Positions 8,560 to 17,449 of a DNA stretch of 64,000 nt are shown here, one piece after another. The notes below the pieces were generated by a model. The model saw nothing but the letters and a program-made list of their open reading frames with translations, was not told the DNA's origin and made no database searches. This stretch comes from Dehalococcoidia bacterium. Lineage in GTDB: Bacteria; Chloroflexota; Dehalococcoidia; Bin125. The stretch is taken from assembly GCA_963662615.2 (NCBI GenBank), contig CAXXSR010000001.1, positions 736,001-800,000 of the forward strand. Reading direction: 5' to 3'. How positions within the stretch are numbered: position 1 is the stretch's first letter; each line of letters opens with the position of its first letter. A program made the translations under genes and the position numbers.

Positions 8560-9960
8560 GTGCCCGCGTTGCTCCCCGTCACGCTGACGCCGCTTGAGTG
8601 GGAACTGTCCTACCGGCCCCTCTGGCCGATCGCCGCTACGCTGATCGACCGCGAGCCCGGCGTCGTCTTCCTGGACAGCGGCGGCGACCCGACCGGGCAC
8701 GCGCGATGGTCCATCCTCGCCTGGCGCCCGCGCCGCCTGCTCTCCTGGCCGCAGGGCGCCCCCGGCGCCCTGGACGCGCTTCGCCACCACCTTGCGACGC
8801 GGCGCCTGGCCCGCCCCACCTCAGCCCCGCCCCAGCAGTGGCAGATCCCCTTTCACGGCGGCTGGCTGGGCTGGTTCGCCTACGACCTGGGCCGCCACAT
8901 TGAGCGCCTGCCCGCGCGCGCCCGCGCCGACCCAGCCATCCCCGACTTCGTCCTCGGCGAGTACGACGTGGCTTTGGTGGAGGACCGCCGCGAGGGCCGG
9001 CTCTTCGCGGCGGGCTCCGCCGCCAGTGCCCGGCACGCCTGCAGGCTCCGCGACCGCCTGGACGCGGTGCTGCAGCGGCCCTGCCCCGACGGACCTCCTC
9101 TCCCCACCAACGGCGCTATCGCCTCACCGCCACGGCCGGCGCTCGACAAGCGCCGCTATCTCGACGCCGTCGAGCGGGTGCTGCGCTACATCGTCGCCGG
9201 CGACATCTACCAGGCGAACTTCGCCCACCGCTTCGACGCCCGCTACACCGGCGCCTCCGCCGACCTCTACGCCCGCCTGCGCGCGGCCAGTCCTGCCCCC
9301 TGCGGCGGCTTCTTCGCCCTCCCCGGCGCTCCCGAGCTGCTCTCCATCAGCCCTGAGCTGTTCCTCGCCAAGCGCGGCGACCGCGTCGAGACCCAGCCCA
9401 TCAAGGGCACGCGACCCCGCGCCGCCGACCCGGGCCAGGACGCCGCTCAGCTCGACGCCCTCGAACAGAGCGAAAAAGAGCGCGCCGAGCTGCTGATGAT
9501 CGTGGACCTCCTCCGCAACGACCTTGGCCGCGTCGCGCGAGTGGGCTCCGTGGCGGTGGAGGAGTTGCGCCGCCTGACCAGCCACCCCACCGTCCACCAC
9601 GCCTCCGCCACGGTCAGCGCCTGCCTCCCCGCCGACATCCACGCCGTCGATCTGCTCACCGCAACCTTTCCCGGCGGCTCCATCAGCGGCGCTCCCAAGA
9701 TCCGCGCCATGGAGGTCCTGGAAGAGCTCGAGCCGGTGCGCCGCGGCCCCTACAGCGGCGCCGCCGGCTTCATCGGCTACGACGGCGACCTGCGCCTCAG
9801 CCTGCTCATTCGCACCCTCGTTCGGCAGGGGTCGAACGTCAGCTATCACGTCGGCGGTGGCATCGTCGCCGACTCCGATCCGGAGGCCGAGTACCAGGAA
9901 ACGTTGGACAAGGGCGCCGCCATGATGCGCGCTCTGATGGGCCCGGGCGCCGGCCCGTGA
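8560..9960 (+). CDS. pabB: Aminodeoxychorismate synthase component I (chorismate-binding)
   Basis: GDIYQAN, SPELFL, PIKGT (K typical of PabB), IVDLLRND, FPGGSISGAPKIRAM; TACAAT -10 box at 8545-8550; upstream of a class IV aminotransferase. Confidence 0.88.
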   Translation: MPALLPVTLTPLEWELSYRPLWPIAATLIDREPGVVFLDSGGDPTGHARWSILAWRPRRLLSWPQGAPGALDALRHHLATRRLARPTSAPPQQWQIPFHGGWLGWFAYDLGRHIERLPARARADPAIPDFVLGEYDVALVEDRREGRLFAAGSAASARHACRLRDRLDAVLQRPCPDGPPLPTNGAIASPPRPALDKRRYLDAVERVLRYIVAGDIYQANFAHRFDARYTGASADLYARLRAASPAPCGGFFALPGAPELLSISPELFLAKRGDRVETQPIKGTRPRAADPGQDAAQLDALEQSEKERAELLMIVDLLRNDLGRVARVGSVAVEELRRLTSHPTVHHASATVSACLPADIHAVDLLTATFPGGSISGAPKIRAMEVLEELEPVRRGPYSGAAGFIGYDGDLRLSLLIRTLVRQGSNVSYHVGGGIVADSDPEAEYQETLDKGAAMMRALMGPGAGP

Positions 9961-11240
9961 GCCAGCCCGTGAGCCGGTCCCTGAGTCAGGATCTGATCTG
10001 GGCCGGTGGACGCCTCCACCAAGGTAGCGCGACCGTCGACGCCGCCGACCGTGGCCTCCTCCTCGGCGACGGCCTCTTCGAGACGCTGCTCGTGGTCAAC
10101 CGCTCGCCCGTCCTCCGCGACGAGCACGTCGAGCGCCTCCTCGCCAGCGCCGCGGCCCTCCGCTTCTCTCTCCCCGCCGGCTTCCTTGACGATCTCGACA
10201 CGGCGCTGGACGCCACCCTGGCGGCGCTGCCGCAAACCGTCGCCTCTCTGCGCATCACGCTGACACGGGGAGTGGGGCCGCGCGGACTGGAGCCGCCGCC
10301 GGATGGAATCCCCACTCTCTTGCTCCAGGCCGCCCCCTTCGACCCCAGCGCCGTCGTGACCGCCGGCGCCGCCATCCTGGACGCGCCCCGCATCGATCCC
10401 CTCGACCCGCTCGCCGGGCACAAGAGCACGTCGGCCTTGCGCTGGGTGCTCGCGCGCATGCGCGCGCAGGCGCGCGGAGCGGATGTCGCTTTGCTCCGCA
10501 CCGTCGCCGGCGACATGGCCGAGGCCGACTTCGCCAACCTCTTTCTCGTCGCCGGGGACAAGGTTGTCACGCCGCCGCTCTCCCGCGGCGTCCTCCCCGG
10601 CGTGACCCGCGCCTGGGCCATCGACGCCCTCCGCGCCGACGCCCGGCTGCTGATCGAGCGCCCCTGTGAAGCCGACGAGCTCCTTGGCGCCGCCGAAGTC
10701 TTCCTCACCTCCAGCCTGATCGGCGTGCGCCCGCTCCGCTCCATCGACGGGCGTTCGCTGCCGGCCCGCGCACCAGTCGCCGCCTGGCTGCAGAGCCAAT
10801 ACGCGCGGCTCGCGGGGCTGGAATGACGCCGGCCGGGTCGATGCCAGGGCGCTCTCTTCCGCGCGCCGCGCGCGCGGCTGTTCCGCCGAATCCAGGACGC
10901 GCTGCGTCTCCACGATCAGCTCACCCAGGTCGGTGCCGGTCTCTTCCTGAATGACTCGCCGCAGCACCGGCGGCACGCTCTCCAGCACCGTCACCACCCG
11001 CCGCAGCGATGCCCGCACCTGGCGCAGGCGCGCCGCCTCCTCCGCCGGCGTCACCAGATCGTCCACCAGCGACGCCTGCGCACGGGAGGCAACCAGCGGC
11101 TCCGGCAGGCCCCGCACCCACACCAGCGACCGCCGCCCCGGCCCCCGATCGTCCGTGATCGGCTCGACCGCCACCACCTCGTCCGACCGTGCGTATTTGC
11201 CGTAGCCCAGGCTGACCAACTGGCCCGATTGAATGCGCAT
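9846..11240 (-). CDS. Hypothetical protein (about 120 aa core, possibly RemA/DUF370-like fold); frame lacks a nearby stop and runs antisense through pabC
   Basis: GGAGGAGGG RBS before MRIQSGQLVSLGYGKYARSDEVVAVEPI...RGPGRRSLVWV; protein-like only to about 10870. Confidence 0.55.
   Translation of the reverse strand: MRIQSGQLVSLGYGKYARSDEVVAVEPITDDRGPGRRSLVWVRGLPEPLVASRAQASLVDDLVTPAEEAARLRQVRASLRRVVTVLESVPPVLRRVIQEETGTDLGELIVETQRVLDSAEQPRARRAEESALASTRPASFQPREPRVLALQPGGDWCAGRQRTPVDGAERAHADQAGGEEDFGGAKELVGFTGALDQQPGVGAEGVDGPGAGHAGEDAAGERRRDNLVPGDEKEVGEVGLGHVAGDGAEQSDIRSARLRAHAREHPAQGRRALVPGERVEGIDAGRVQDGGAGGHDGAGVEGGGLEQESGDSIRRRLQSARPHSPCQRDAQRGDGLRQRRQGGVQRRVEIVKEAGGEREAEGRGAGEEALDVLVAEDGRAVDHEQRLEEAVAEEEATVGGVDGRATLVEASTGPDQILTQGPAHGLAHGPAPGPIRARIMAAPLSNVSWYSASGSESATMPPPT
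9957..10826 (+). CDS. pabC: Aminotransferase class IV / 4-amino-4-deoxychorismate lyase
   Basis: DRGLLLGDGLFET, HKS, LPGVTR, EVFLTSS; overlaps the pabB stop (GTGA). Confidence 0.8.
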   Translation: MSQPVSRSLSQDLIWAGGRLHQGSATVDAADRGLLLGDGLFETLLVVNRSPVLRDEHVERLLASAAALRFSLPAGFLDDLDTALDATLAALPQTVASLRITLTRGVGPRGLEPPPDGIPTLLLQAAPFDPSAVVTAGAAILDAPRIDPLDPLAGHKSTSALRWVLARMRAQARGADVALLRTVAGDMAEADFANLFLVAGDKVVTPPLSRGVLPGVTRAWAIDALRADARLLIERPCEADELLGAAEVFLTSSLIGVRPLRSIDGRSLPARAPVAAWLQSQYARLAGLE

Positions 11241-11275
11241 CGCCGCCCTCCTCCACTGACCGAGGCCTCGCAACT

Positions 11276-11488
11276 CTAAACGGGGACGGCGGCTCGCGGG
11301 AGGGCGGTCCAGACGGCGTCACGTTCCCCCTCCAGCCTCCGAAAGAAGTAGCGGAGCATGCGGCTGTAGCTCTCGACGGTGCGGCGGGAGCCAGAGCGGC
11401 GCTCCTCCTCCGCCAAGAAGGCGTAGAGGGCGCGCTCCCAGCGGTCGGGCGCGGTGGGATCGAGCGTAAGCGCGGTCGTGATCGGCAT
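11276..11488 (-). pseudogene. Truncated tyrosine recombinase/integrase (N-terminal SAM-like domain only)
   Basis: WERALYAFLAEEERRSGSRRTVESYSRMLRYFF then an early stop; no catalytic domain. Confidence 0.7.
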
Positions 11489-11611
11489 GCGGACCTCTCT
11501 TTCCGGGGTCCACACGACATTGCCATCGTGTGGGACGCGTAGCCAGCGAACCTAGACGGACGAGTCAGTGTGAGACCAGACCTGATACTCGCGAACAGGC
11601 TCGAAGCCGGT

Positions 11612-12682
11612 TCAAACCGCGATCTCGCCCAGGAGGAGGTACGTTCCTGCTACGACAAACGCCGCGTCGGTCGCGGAGGGATCATCATCATGCGCTTTGC
11701 TCGCGAGATCACGTAGGCCCCGCAGCGAATTCCACAGTCGGTCAGCCTCGGCCCGGAGTAGTTGCCGCTCGCGTCGACCCTCGATCTTCTCGTTCAAGTA
11801 AGCGCCGATCCGGTTCAACGTCCTTGCCTCGGTGACGTCCAAGGCGTCGTCACGGTCTCCTGGCAGTTTGGAGTATGTCGGGCGGGGGTCTTGCCAGAGA
11901 TAGCGCGCGGTCGCGTCGAATAGGCTCCGACAGCCATACATCGCCGCTTGGCGCCCGGCTGGAGAGTCCGCTTCCAATCCCACGCGGATGACGTCAAGAT
12001 GGCTGGAGAGACCAGCCCGCTCTAGAGCAGCCTCAAGCTCTCTGCGGGCTCCACCCCACACGTCGTGTACGCGATGGCCGAGGGCCGCAACTGTTCGTGT
12101 CTCGGCCTGCTTCGCCGCGGCGAGCCCCGACGCGGAGAGCTGGGCGGCTCCATCCACAGCGCCGTGCCCGAAACTAGCTGCATGGGACTCCAAGAGCCCC
12201 CCAGTCAGCAGTTCGTTCATGATCCCGCGCATTCGATCGGCATCGACGCGGAGTACCTCCGCAACGCCCCGGACGTCGACGTGGAGAATCGGGCTGGTCG
12301 TCTGCTGGCGACGGCCCATGCGCCGGTAACACTGCAGAAGGATCCTCTCCAGGTCATCGTCGGTGAAGTCGCCGTCATAGAGCGCGGCGTCCCAATCGGT
12401 CGAACGCAGCTCGTCGATCGCCGATTCCTCGGCGGGGAGTTGATCAAGGCTAATGAGCCCGTGCACCCACTGAAGGCCGTATTCCTTCGCGACTGCGTGC
12501 AAGTCCTGACCAGGGTGGTTCTGGTCGCGGAACCGCCGAGACATACGGAGATCCAGTGTGAAGAGCCAGTGTTCGCCGGAGTCGACGTGGATGAAGTGAT
12601 CGACGAACCTCGGTTCTCCGCTCCGATCGTCGGGCTCAGATCGGATGTCGTAGCCCCAATAGGGGTCCTCTTCAACAACCAT
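11612..12682 (-). CDS. Hypothetical protein: central winged helix + C-terminal HEPN/AbiTii-like domain
   Basis: wHTH-like VAEVLRVD...ELLTGGLL...LSASG; C-terminal CRSLFDATARYLW...LNRIGAYL...RDLASKAH (R-x6-H). Confidence 0.6.
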   Translation of the reverse strand: MVVEEDPYWGYDIRSEPDDRSGEPRFVDHFIHVDSGEHWLFTLDLRMSRRFRDQNHPGQDLHAVAKEYGLQWVHGLISLDQLPAEESAIDELRSTDWDAALYDGDFTDDDLERILLQCYRRMGRRQQTTSPILHVDVRGVAEVLRVDADRMRGIMNELLTGGLLESHAASFGHGAVDGAAQLSASGLAAAKQAETRTVAALGHRVHDVWGGARRELEAALERAGLSSHLDVIRVGLEADSPAGRQAAMYGCRSLFDATARYLWQDPRPTYSKLPGDRDDALDVTEARTLNRIGAYLNEKIEGRRERQLLRAEADRLWNSLRGLRDLASKAHDDDPSATDAAFVVAGTYLLLGEIAV

Positions 12683-12832
12683 GTCGAAGCCCTCCGCGGG
12701 CGCTGTCCCCAGCCGTGTGTCGGATTATCGCAGGCCCGAGTCGGCCGAGTTGATCGCTTGTCTCCCGGTGCCACACGATGCGTCGATCGTGTCGTTCGCC
12801 GGGCCAGGCAACGTGTGCCAAGACCCAGGCTG

Positions 12833-13855
12833 TCACTCCAGCAACCGCACGCGGTGATTCTCGCTGTCGCCGATGTAGACTCGCCCATCGTCGTCGACAA
12901 AGACGCCGTGGGGGCGCGCGAGGCCACAGCGAAGCGGATCACCGTCCGGCCCATCCCGTCGCGTTCCGTCGCCGGCCACGGTCGTGATAACCCCGCGCTG
13001 GTCGATGCGTCGGATCGTGTGGTTCTCGGTATCCGCCAAGTAGATATCGCCGTTAGCAGCAAGGGCCATCCCCTTCGGTCCGGCCAGCGTGGCCGCCTTG
13101 GCTGGGCCGTTGTCGCCGCTGGCACCCTGCTCGCCTGTTCCGGCGATGTGGTGGATGGTCTCGGCTTCCAAATCGATGCGATAGACGGCATTGCCTTCGC
13201 GGAGGGCCACGTACAGATCGCTTGGGGGACGGAAGGCCAGCGTCCGCGGCCCGTTGAGCGGCGTCCCGGCGAGCGGCGCCCCGTCTGGGGTAGGATCCTG
13301 GGCGCCGTTCCCAGCGAACGCGTCGATCCGGCCGGACGTGAGGTCGACTCGGCGGATGCGGTGGTTCGAGATATCCGCGATGTAGAGCGCGCCCTGGTCG
13401 TCCAGCTCAATGCTGTGGGGCTGGTGCAACGCGGCGGCCGTTGCGGGTCCAGCGTCGCCCCCGAAGCCTCGCTGCCCGGTCCCGGCGATCGTCGAGATTC
13501 CGCCGCTCTCCGCGTCGACCCGTCGCACGACGTGGTTCTGCATCTCGACGAGATACATGTTCCCCCGAACGTCGAAGCGCAACTCATAGGGCTGGCGGAG
13601 ATCAGCCTGGCGCGCAGGGCCACCATCTCCCCCGTAGCCCTCGCGCCCGCTCCCGACGGCCGTCGAGAGTGTGTTCGTCGTCAGATCCAAGCGCCGCACG
13701 CGGTGGTTGTCGACCTCGCAGATGTAGAGCGCGCCATCCGGGCCGACCGCGAGGCCGAAAGGGTTGGCGAGCTGCCCCTCCGCTGCAGGCCCGCCGTCGC
13801 CGGAGAAGCCCGCCACGCCTGTTCCGGCGAGTGTTCGGATCGTGGCCCCCCTCAC
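12833..13855 (-). CDS. NHL-repeat beta-propeller protein
   Basis: Repeated AGTG..GFSGDGGPA..A.L..P......G.LYIAD..NHRIRR; GGAGG RBS before GTG 13855. Confidence 0.9.
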   Translation of the reverse strand: MRGATIRTLAGTGVAGFSGDGGPAAEGQLANPFGLAVGPDGALYICEVDNHRVRRLDLTTNTLSTAVGSGREGYGGDGGPARQADLRQPYELRFDVRGNMYLVEMQNHVVRRVDAESGGISTIAGTGQRGFGGDAGPATAAALHQPHSIELDDQGALYIADISNHRIRRVDLTSGRIDAFAGNGAQDPTPDGAPLAGTPLNGPRTLAFRPPSDLYVALREGNAVYRIDLEAETIHHIAGTGEQGASGDNGPAKAATLAGPKGMALAANGDIYLADTENHTIRRIDQRGVITTVAGDGTRRDGPDGDPLRCGLARPHGVFVDDDGRVYIGDSENHRVRLLE

Positions 13856-14292
13856 GAGGACCACCTCCGCCAGGTGGCGCGGGCCTGTTCGCCGAATTCG
13901 TCGCGGGCGACTTGCGCCCGGTCCATCCAACGGAGCGGGAGCTCGGTCTCAGGATTTCGATCCACGCAGGGAACTCCGGGATCCGCCACCCCATGGCAAC
14001 GGGACCAGACGAGGCCCGTGAGAGGTGGATGACGTGTAGGCCGGTGCCGACATCCGTGCGCGCGACGTTTCACCACATCCACGGCGCGGGCGCACCTGAC
14101 TGGCACAGCGTCCATGGGGCGGAGTCTAGGCGGCCAGGCCTGACTCCACACGATCTCGTCATCGTGCAGGCTGTCATGCTTGGGTGGCGCCCAGGAGTTG
14201 GGCCTCGCAGCAGCCGGCGCTCAGCTAGAATCCGCCTGACTCCGGCGGGTCGGGGATGAGCGGCGGCCTGCCGGAGCACGAAGGAGCGAACG

Positions 14293-15396
14293 ATGGCTGA
14301 TCCGACCCGCGTCGGCATCGTCGGCGCGACTGTGACCCCCGGCGGTAGCGGCTGGGGCGCGAACGCCCACGTTCCCGCCCTGCAGGCGCTGCCTCACTAC
14401 CAGCTCCGAGCCGTCTGCACCGCGCATGCGGAGACCGCGGCCACGTCGGCTGCACGTTTCGGCGCCGAGTTGGCGTTCCACGACATCAAGGACATGGTCG
14501 CGCGCCCGGACCTCGATCTCGTCGTTGTCTGCGTGCGCGTGCCGTGGCACTACGACCTGGTGATGGCAAGCCTCCGCGCGGGCAAGCCCGTCTTCTGCGA
14601 GTGGCCACTCGGCGCCACGCTGGAGGAGGCGGAGGAGATGGCGAACCTCGCGCGTGAACGCAAATTACGCACCGCCGTCGGGCTGCAGGCCCGCAGCGAC
14701 CCGAGCGTCCGCTACGCGCGCGACCTCATCGCCCAGCGCTACGTCGGCGAGGTGCTGACCGCCAACCTCCGCGTGATGTCGCAAGCGGTGCTGGAACGCG
14801 GCCCGGGTCGTATCTGGCAGGCAGTGCGCGCGGCCGGCGCCAATCCGCTCACGATCGCCGGCGGCCACGCGATCGACGCCCTCTGCTACATCCTCGGCGA
14901 GGTGGTGGAGCTGTCGGCGCGCGTGACGACACGGATCACGGAGTGGCGCGACGAGGAGACCGGCGCCGGCGTCCCGGTCGACGCCCCCGACAGCATCACC
15001 GTTGCGGCGCGTATCGAGAGCGGGGCCGAGATCGCCATCCAGGTGGCCCACGTGCCCGCCCAGCCCACCGGCACCCGCCTCGAGATCTACGGCGACGCGG
15101 GGGCGCTCTTCCTGACGGCGCCTTCAGTGTCCACCGGTCCCAGCCTGCTACATGGCGCCCGAGGCAGCGACGCACCGGCGGAGCTGGCACCGCCGACCGA
15201 GTATCTGGTGGCTCCGGAGGGCACGCCGCCAGGCCCGCCCCGCAACGTCGCGCACGCCTATGCACGGATGGCGGACGCCCTCGAAGCCGGCAAGCAGTTC
15301 GATCCCGACTTCGACCTGGCGGTGAGGCGGCATCGTCTGCTGGCAGCGATCGAGCGTTCCTCAGAGACCGGAACCACGGAAACCGTCTCTGGCTAG
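14293..15396 (+). CDS. Gfo/Idh/MocA-family oxidoreductase
   Basis: RVGIVGA, AHVPAL, GKPVFCEWPLG, GHAID. Confidence 0.92.
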   Translation: MADPTRVGIVGATVTPGGSGWGANAHVPALQALPHYQLRAVCTAHAETAATSAARFGAELAFHDIKDMVARPDLDLVVVCVRVPWHYDLVMASLRAGKPVFCEWPLGATLEEAEEMANLARERKLRTAVGLQARSDPSVRYARDLIAQRYVGEVLTANLRVMSQAVLERGPGRIWQAVRAAGANPLTIAGGHAIDALCYILGEVVELSARVTTRITEWRDEETGAGVPVDAPDSITVAARIESGAEIAIQVAHVPAQPTGTRLEIYGDAGALFLTAPSVSTGPSLLHGARGSDAPAELAPPTEYLVAPEGTPPGPPRNVAHAYARMADALEAGKQFDPDFDLAVRRHRLLAAIERSSETGTTETVSG

Positions 15397-15493
15397 CATG
15401 CGCGCGACGCGACCGAGGAGCGGCCACCGGTCCGCCGAGATCCCCGGGATTAAACGTTCCGGTCGCGCGGCGCTGCCCAGGGTCGCTCGCTAC

Positions 15494-15537
15494 GTCCGAT
15501 TCCCCGTCGGATAGATCTGTCCGACGTAGAGTCGGAC
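15494..15537. repeat. Imperfect palindrome, copy 1 of a local repeat family
   Basis: GTCCGA-TTCCC-CGTCGGATAGATCTGTCCGACG-TAGAG-TCGGAC. Confidence 0.6.
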
Positions 15538-15654
15538 TTTGCAGCTACAGGCTCGGCCCTCTGTGCGTGGCCATTGGCAAGCTGCGCGTGAAAAAGAATT
15601 TGGGATCGCCCACACCGTCGTTGAGATTCTCGCCAGCCCGTGGGGGCTCAGTCC

Positions 15655-15690
15655 GACTCTATTTTGGACAGACCTGTCCGAGATAGAGTC
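15655..15690. repeat. Imperfect palindrome, copy 2
   Basis: GACTCTATTTTGGACAG-AC-CTGTCCGAGATAGAGTC. Confidence 0.65.
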
Positions 15691-15786
15691 CTACATAGCG
15701 TCCTGCGCGACTGATGGCCCCTTGCGCCTTCCCTGATCACAGCCGCCGGGATCTCGGGATGGGCAGACTGGTCGGGGCCATTGCTC

Positions 15787-16662
15787 TCAGGCGCGCGGCG
15801 CGAGCGCCTCGAGCGCAGCGTAATCCGGCCCCGGCTGGCCGACCGGGCGGATCGGCTGGATCACCACCTGGTCGGCGCCCTTCTCGAAGTACTCGTCGAG
15901 CTTCGCGCGAATCGTGTCAGCCTCTCCGCAGAGCACCATTGCGTCCATCAGCCGGTCACTGCCGCCATCCTCTAGATCAGCCTCCTCGAAGCCGAGCCGG
16001 AACCAGTTGCGGTAGTAATTCGGCAGCGGCAGATAGGGCTGCAGCGCCTGGCGTGCCGCCGCTCGGGCCTGCTCGGGGTCGCTCGACAGGCAGACCTTCT
16101 GCTCGCAGATGACCGCCGCACCCCCGCCCATGTGTTGGCGGGCGATGGTCGCCTGCTCCGGCGTCACGTTGTAGGAGAACGCGCCGAGCGCGCGTTCCCC
16201 GGCAAGCTTGGTCATGTTCGGGCCAAGCGCCGCGAGCACCACTGGCTTCTCCGGCGGCGCGCCGCCGAGCGCCGCCCAGGCCAGATCCATGCCGTCGAGG
16301 TAGGAGCGCATCGTCGCGACGGGCCTTTGGTACTCATGCCCGCGCATGTCCGTGACCAGTGGCCGGTGCGACACGCCGAGGCCGAGCACAAAGCGTCCGC
16401 CGTAGAGCGCGTTCAGCGAGTTCGAGCCCATCACCGAGGCTGCTGGATCGCGGGCGTAGATGTTCGCGATGCCGCTCGCCACCTGGAGCTCCTTGCTGTG
16501 GCCGAGCAGATAGCCGGCGATCGCGAACGTCTCATAGTTGAACGCTTCTGGGTACCATAGGGTCGAGTAGCCCAGTTCCTCTACGCGCCGGGCGAGCTCG
16601 GCGAGCTGCTGCGCGTCCAGTTGGTCGGTGAAACTGAACACGCCGAATCTTCCGAATGCCAT
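15787..16662 (-). CDS. Probable F420-dependent LLM-class oxidoreductase (TIGR03620-like)
   Basis: VEELGYSTLW, ASGIANIYARD, GRFVLGLGVSH, LAALGPNM, LPNY. Confidence 0.88.
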   Translation of the reverse strand: MAFGRFGVFSFTDQLDAQQLAELARRVEELGYSTLWYPEAFNYETFAIAGYLLGHSKELQVASGIANIYARDPAASVMGSNSLNALYGGRFVLGLGVSHRPLVTDMRGHEYQRPVATMRSYLDGMDLAWAALGGAPPEKPVVLAALGPNMTKLAGERALGAFSYNVTPEQATIARQHMGGGAAVICEQKVCLSSDPEQARAAARQALQPYLPLPNYYRNWFRLGFEEADLEDGGSDRLMDAMVLCGEADTIRAKLDEYFEKGADQVVIQPIRPVGQPGPDYAALEALAPRA

Positions 16663-16830
16663 GGGCTGCCTTCCGCTCGATGAAGACGCCAGTATAGCTG
16701 GGAAATTCCGGTTCGGCCTACGTCGCGCACAGACGGGGGCCGAACTCCGGGGATGCCGTGAAGGTCTACAGCTTGGGGATCGAGGCCGAGCATCAGGTCT
16801 CGGCGCCGCCCTGCAATCGGGGGACGAGAA

Positions 16831-16880
16831 TCCGACATTGAGTCCGACACGCCGTCCGGTAACGGACTCTATGTCGGACA
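16831..16880. repeat. Inverted pair of the same half-site in swapped order (copy 3)
   Basis: TCCGACATTGAGTCCG (16831-16846) and CGGACTCTATGTCGGA (16863-16878), 15/16 inverted match. Confidence 0.6.
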
Positions 16881-17344
16881 GGCGTGTAGGAAATGCGATC
16901 CCCGAAGTGTGACTCTAGGCGATGAGCCGCCATGCTGGAGTGCCGATCAATTGCCGATCAACGGATGGGCACGCCCCGCGACAGGACGGCACTGCACGGG
17001 CTGCGGGCCCCTCTGGACCAGATGGGAATGGGACCGCGCGGCACGCAGCAACACACAGCGGCATGGGGGTGAGCGGACTTCAAAACCGCTCGGTCCGCAG
17101 GGGCCTCGCGCCTGCGGCGGAGCCGCCCCCAAAAAGCCTGCGGCGGAGCCGCCCCCAAAAAGAAGGCGAAGCCCCCTCCGCCAAACATCCCGCGTTTCGT
17201 GAGATCTTCGGCGACCTGGCTGCCACGCCCGAACCCTGAGAATTGCCCATCCACCTGCGCAATCGCCACCCAATTGCCACCCAACTCCCTGCCAGCCCGC
17301 CGCATGAGGCCGACCTGACCGGCACACCTCGCGCACGTCCCCGC

Positions 17345-17380
17345 GACTTTATTTTGGACAGACCTGTGCGACCTAAAGTT
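17345..17380. repeat. Imperfect palindrome, copy 4
   Basis: GACTTTATTTTGGACAGACCTGTGCGACCTAAAGTT; shares TATTTTGGACAGACCTGT exactly with copy 2. Confidence 0.65.
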
Positions 17381-17449
17381 CAACGCACGGCCCAAGGGTG
17401 GATTGCCAATCTTCACGGGCGGGAACTCGGTGGCGAAGCCAGAGGTCGT

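Noticed and set aside
12065-14032. 655-aa plus-strand ORF, and similar long ORFs such as 32268..34058, 20029..21594, 48013..49497 and 49199..50566
   Set aside because: Antisense or out-of-frame shadows of well-supported genes; expected in high-GC DNA and with no family motifs.
15494-17380. CRISPR array from the ~36-bp palindromic repeats
   Set aside because: Copies are degenerate, irregularly spaced (150-1100 bp) and separated by a gene; no cas genes in the window.
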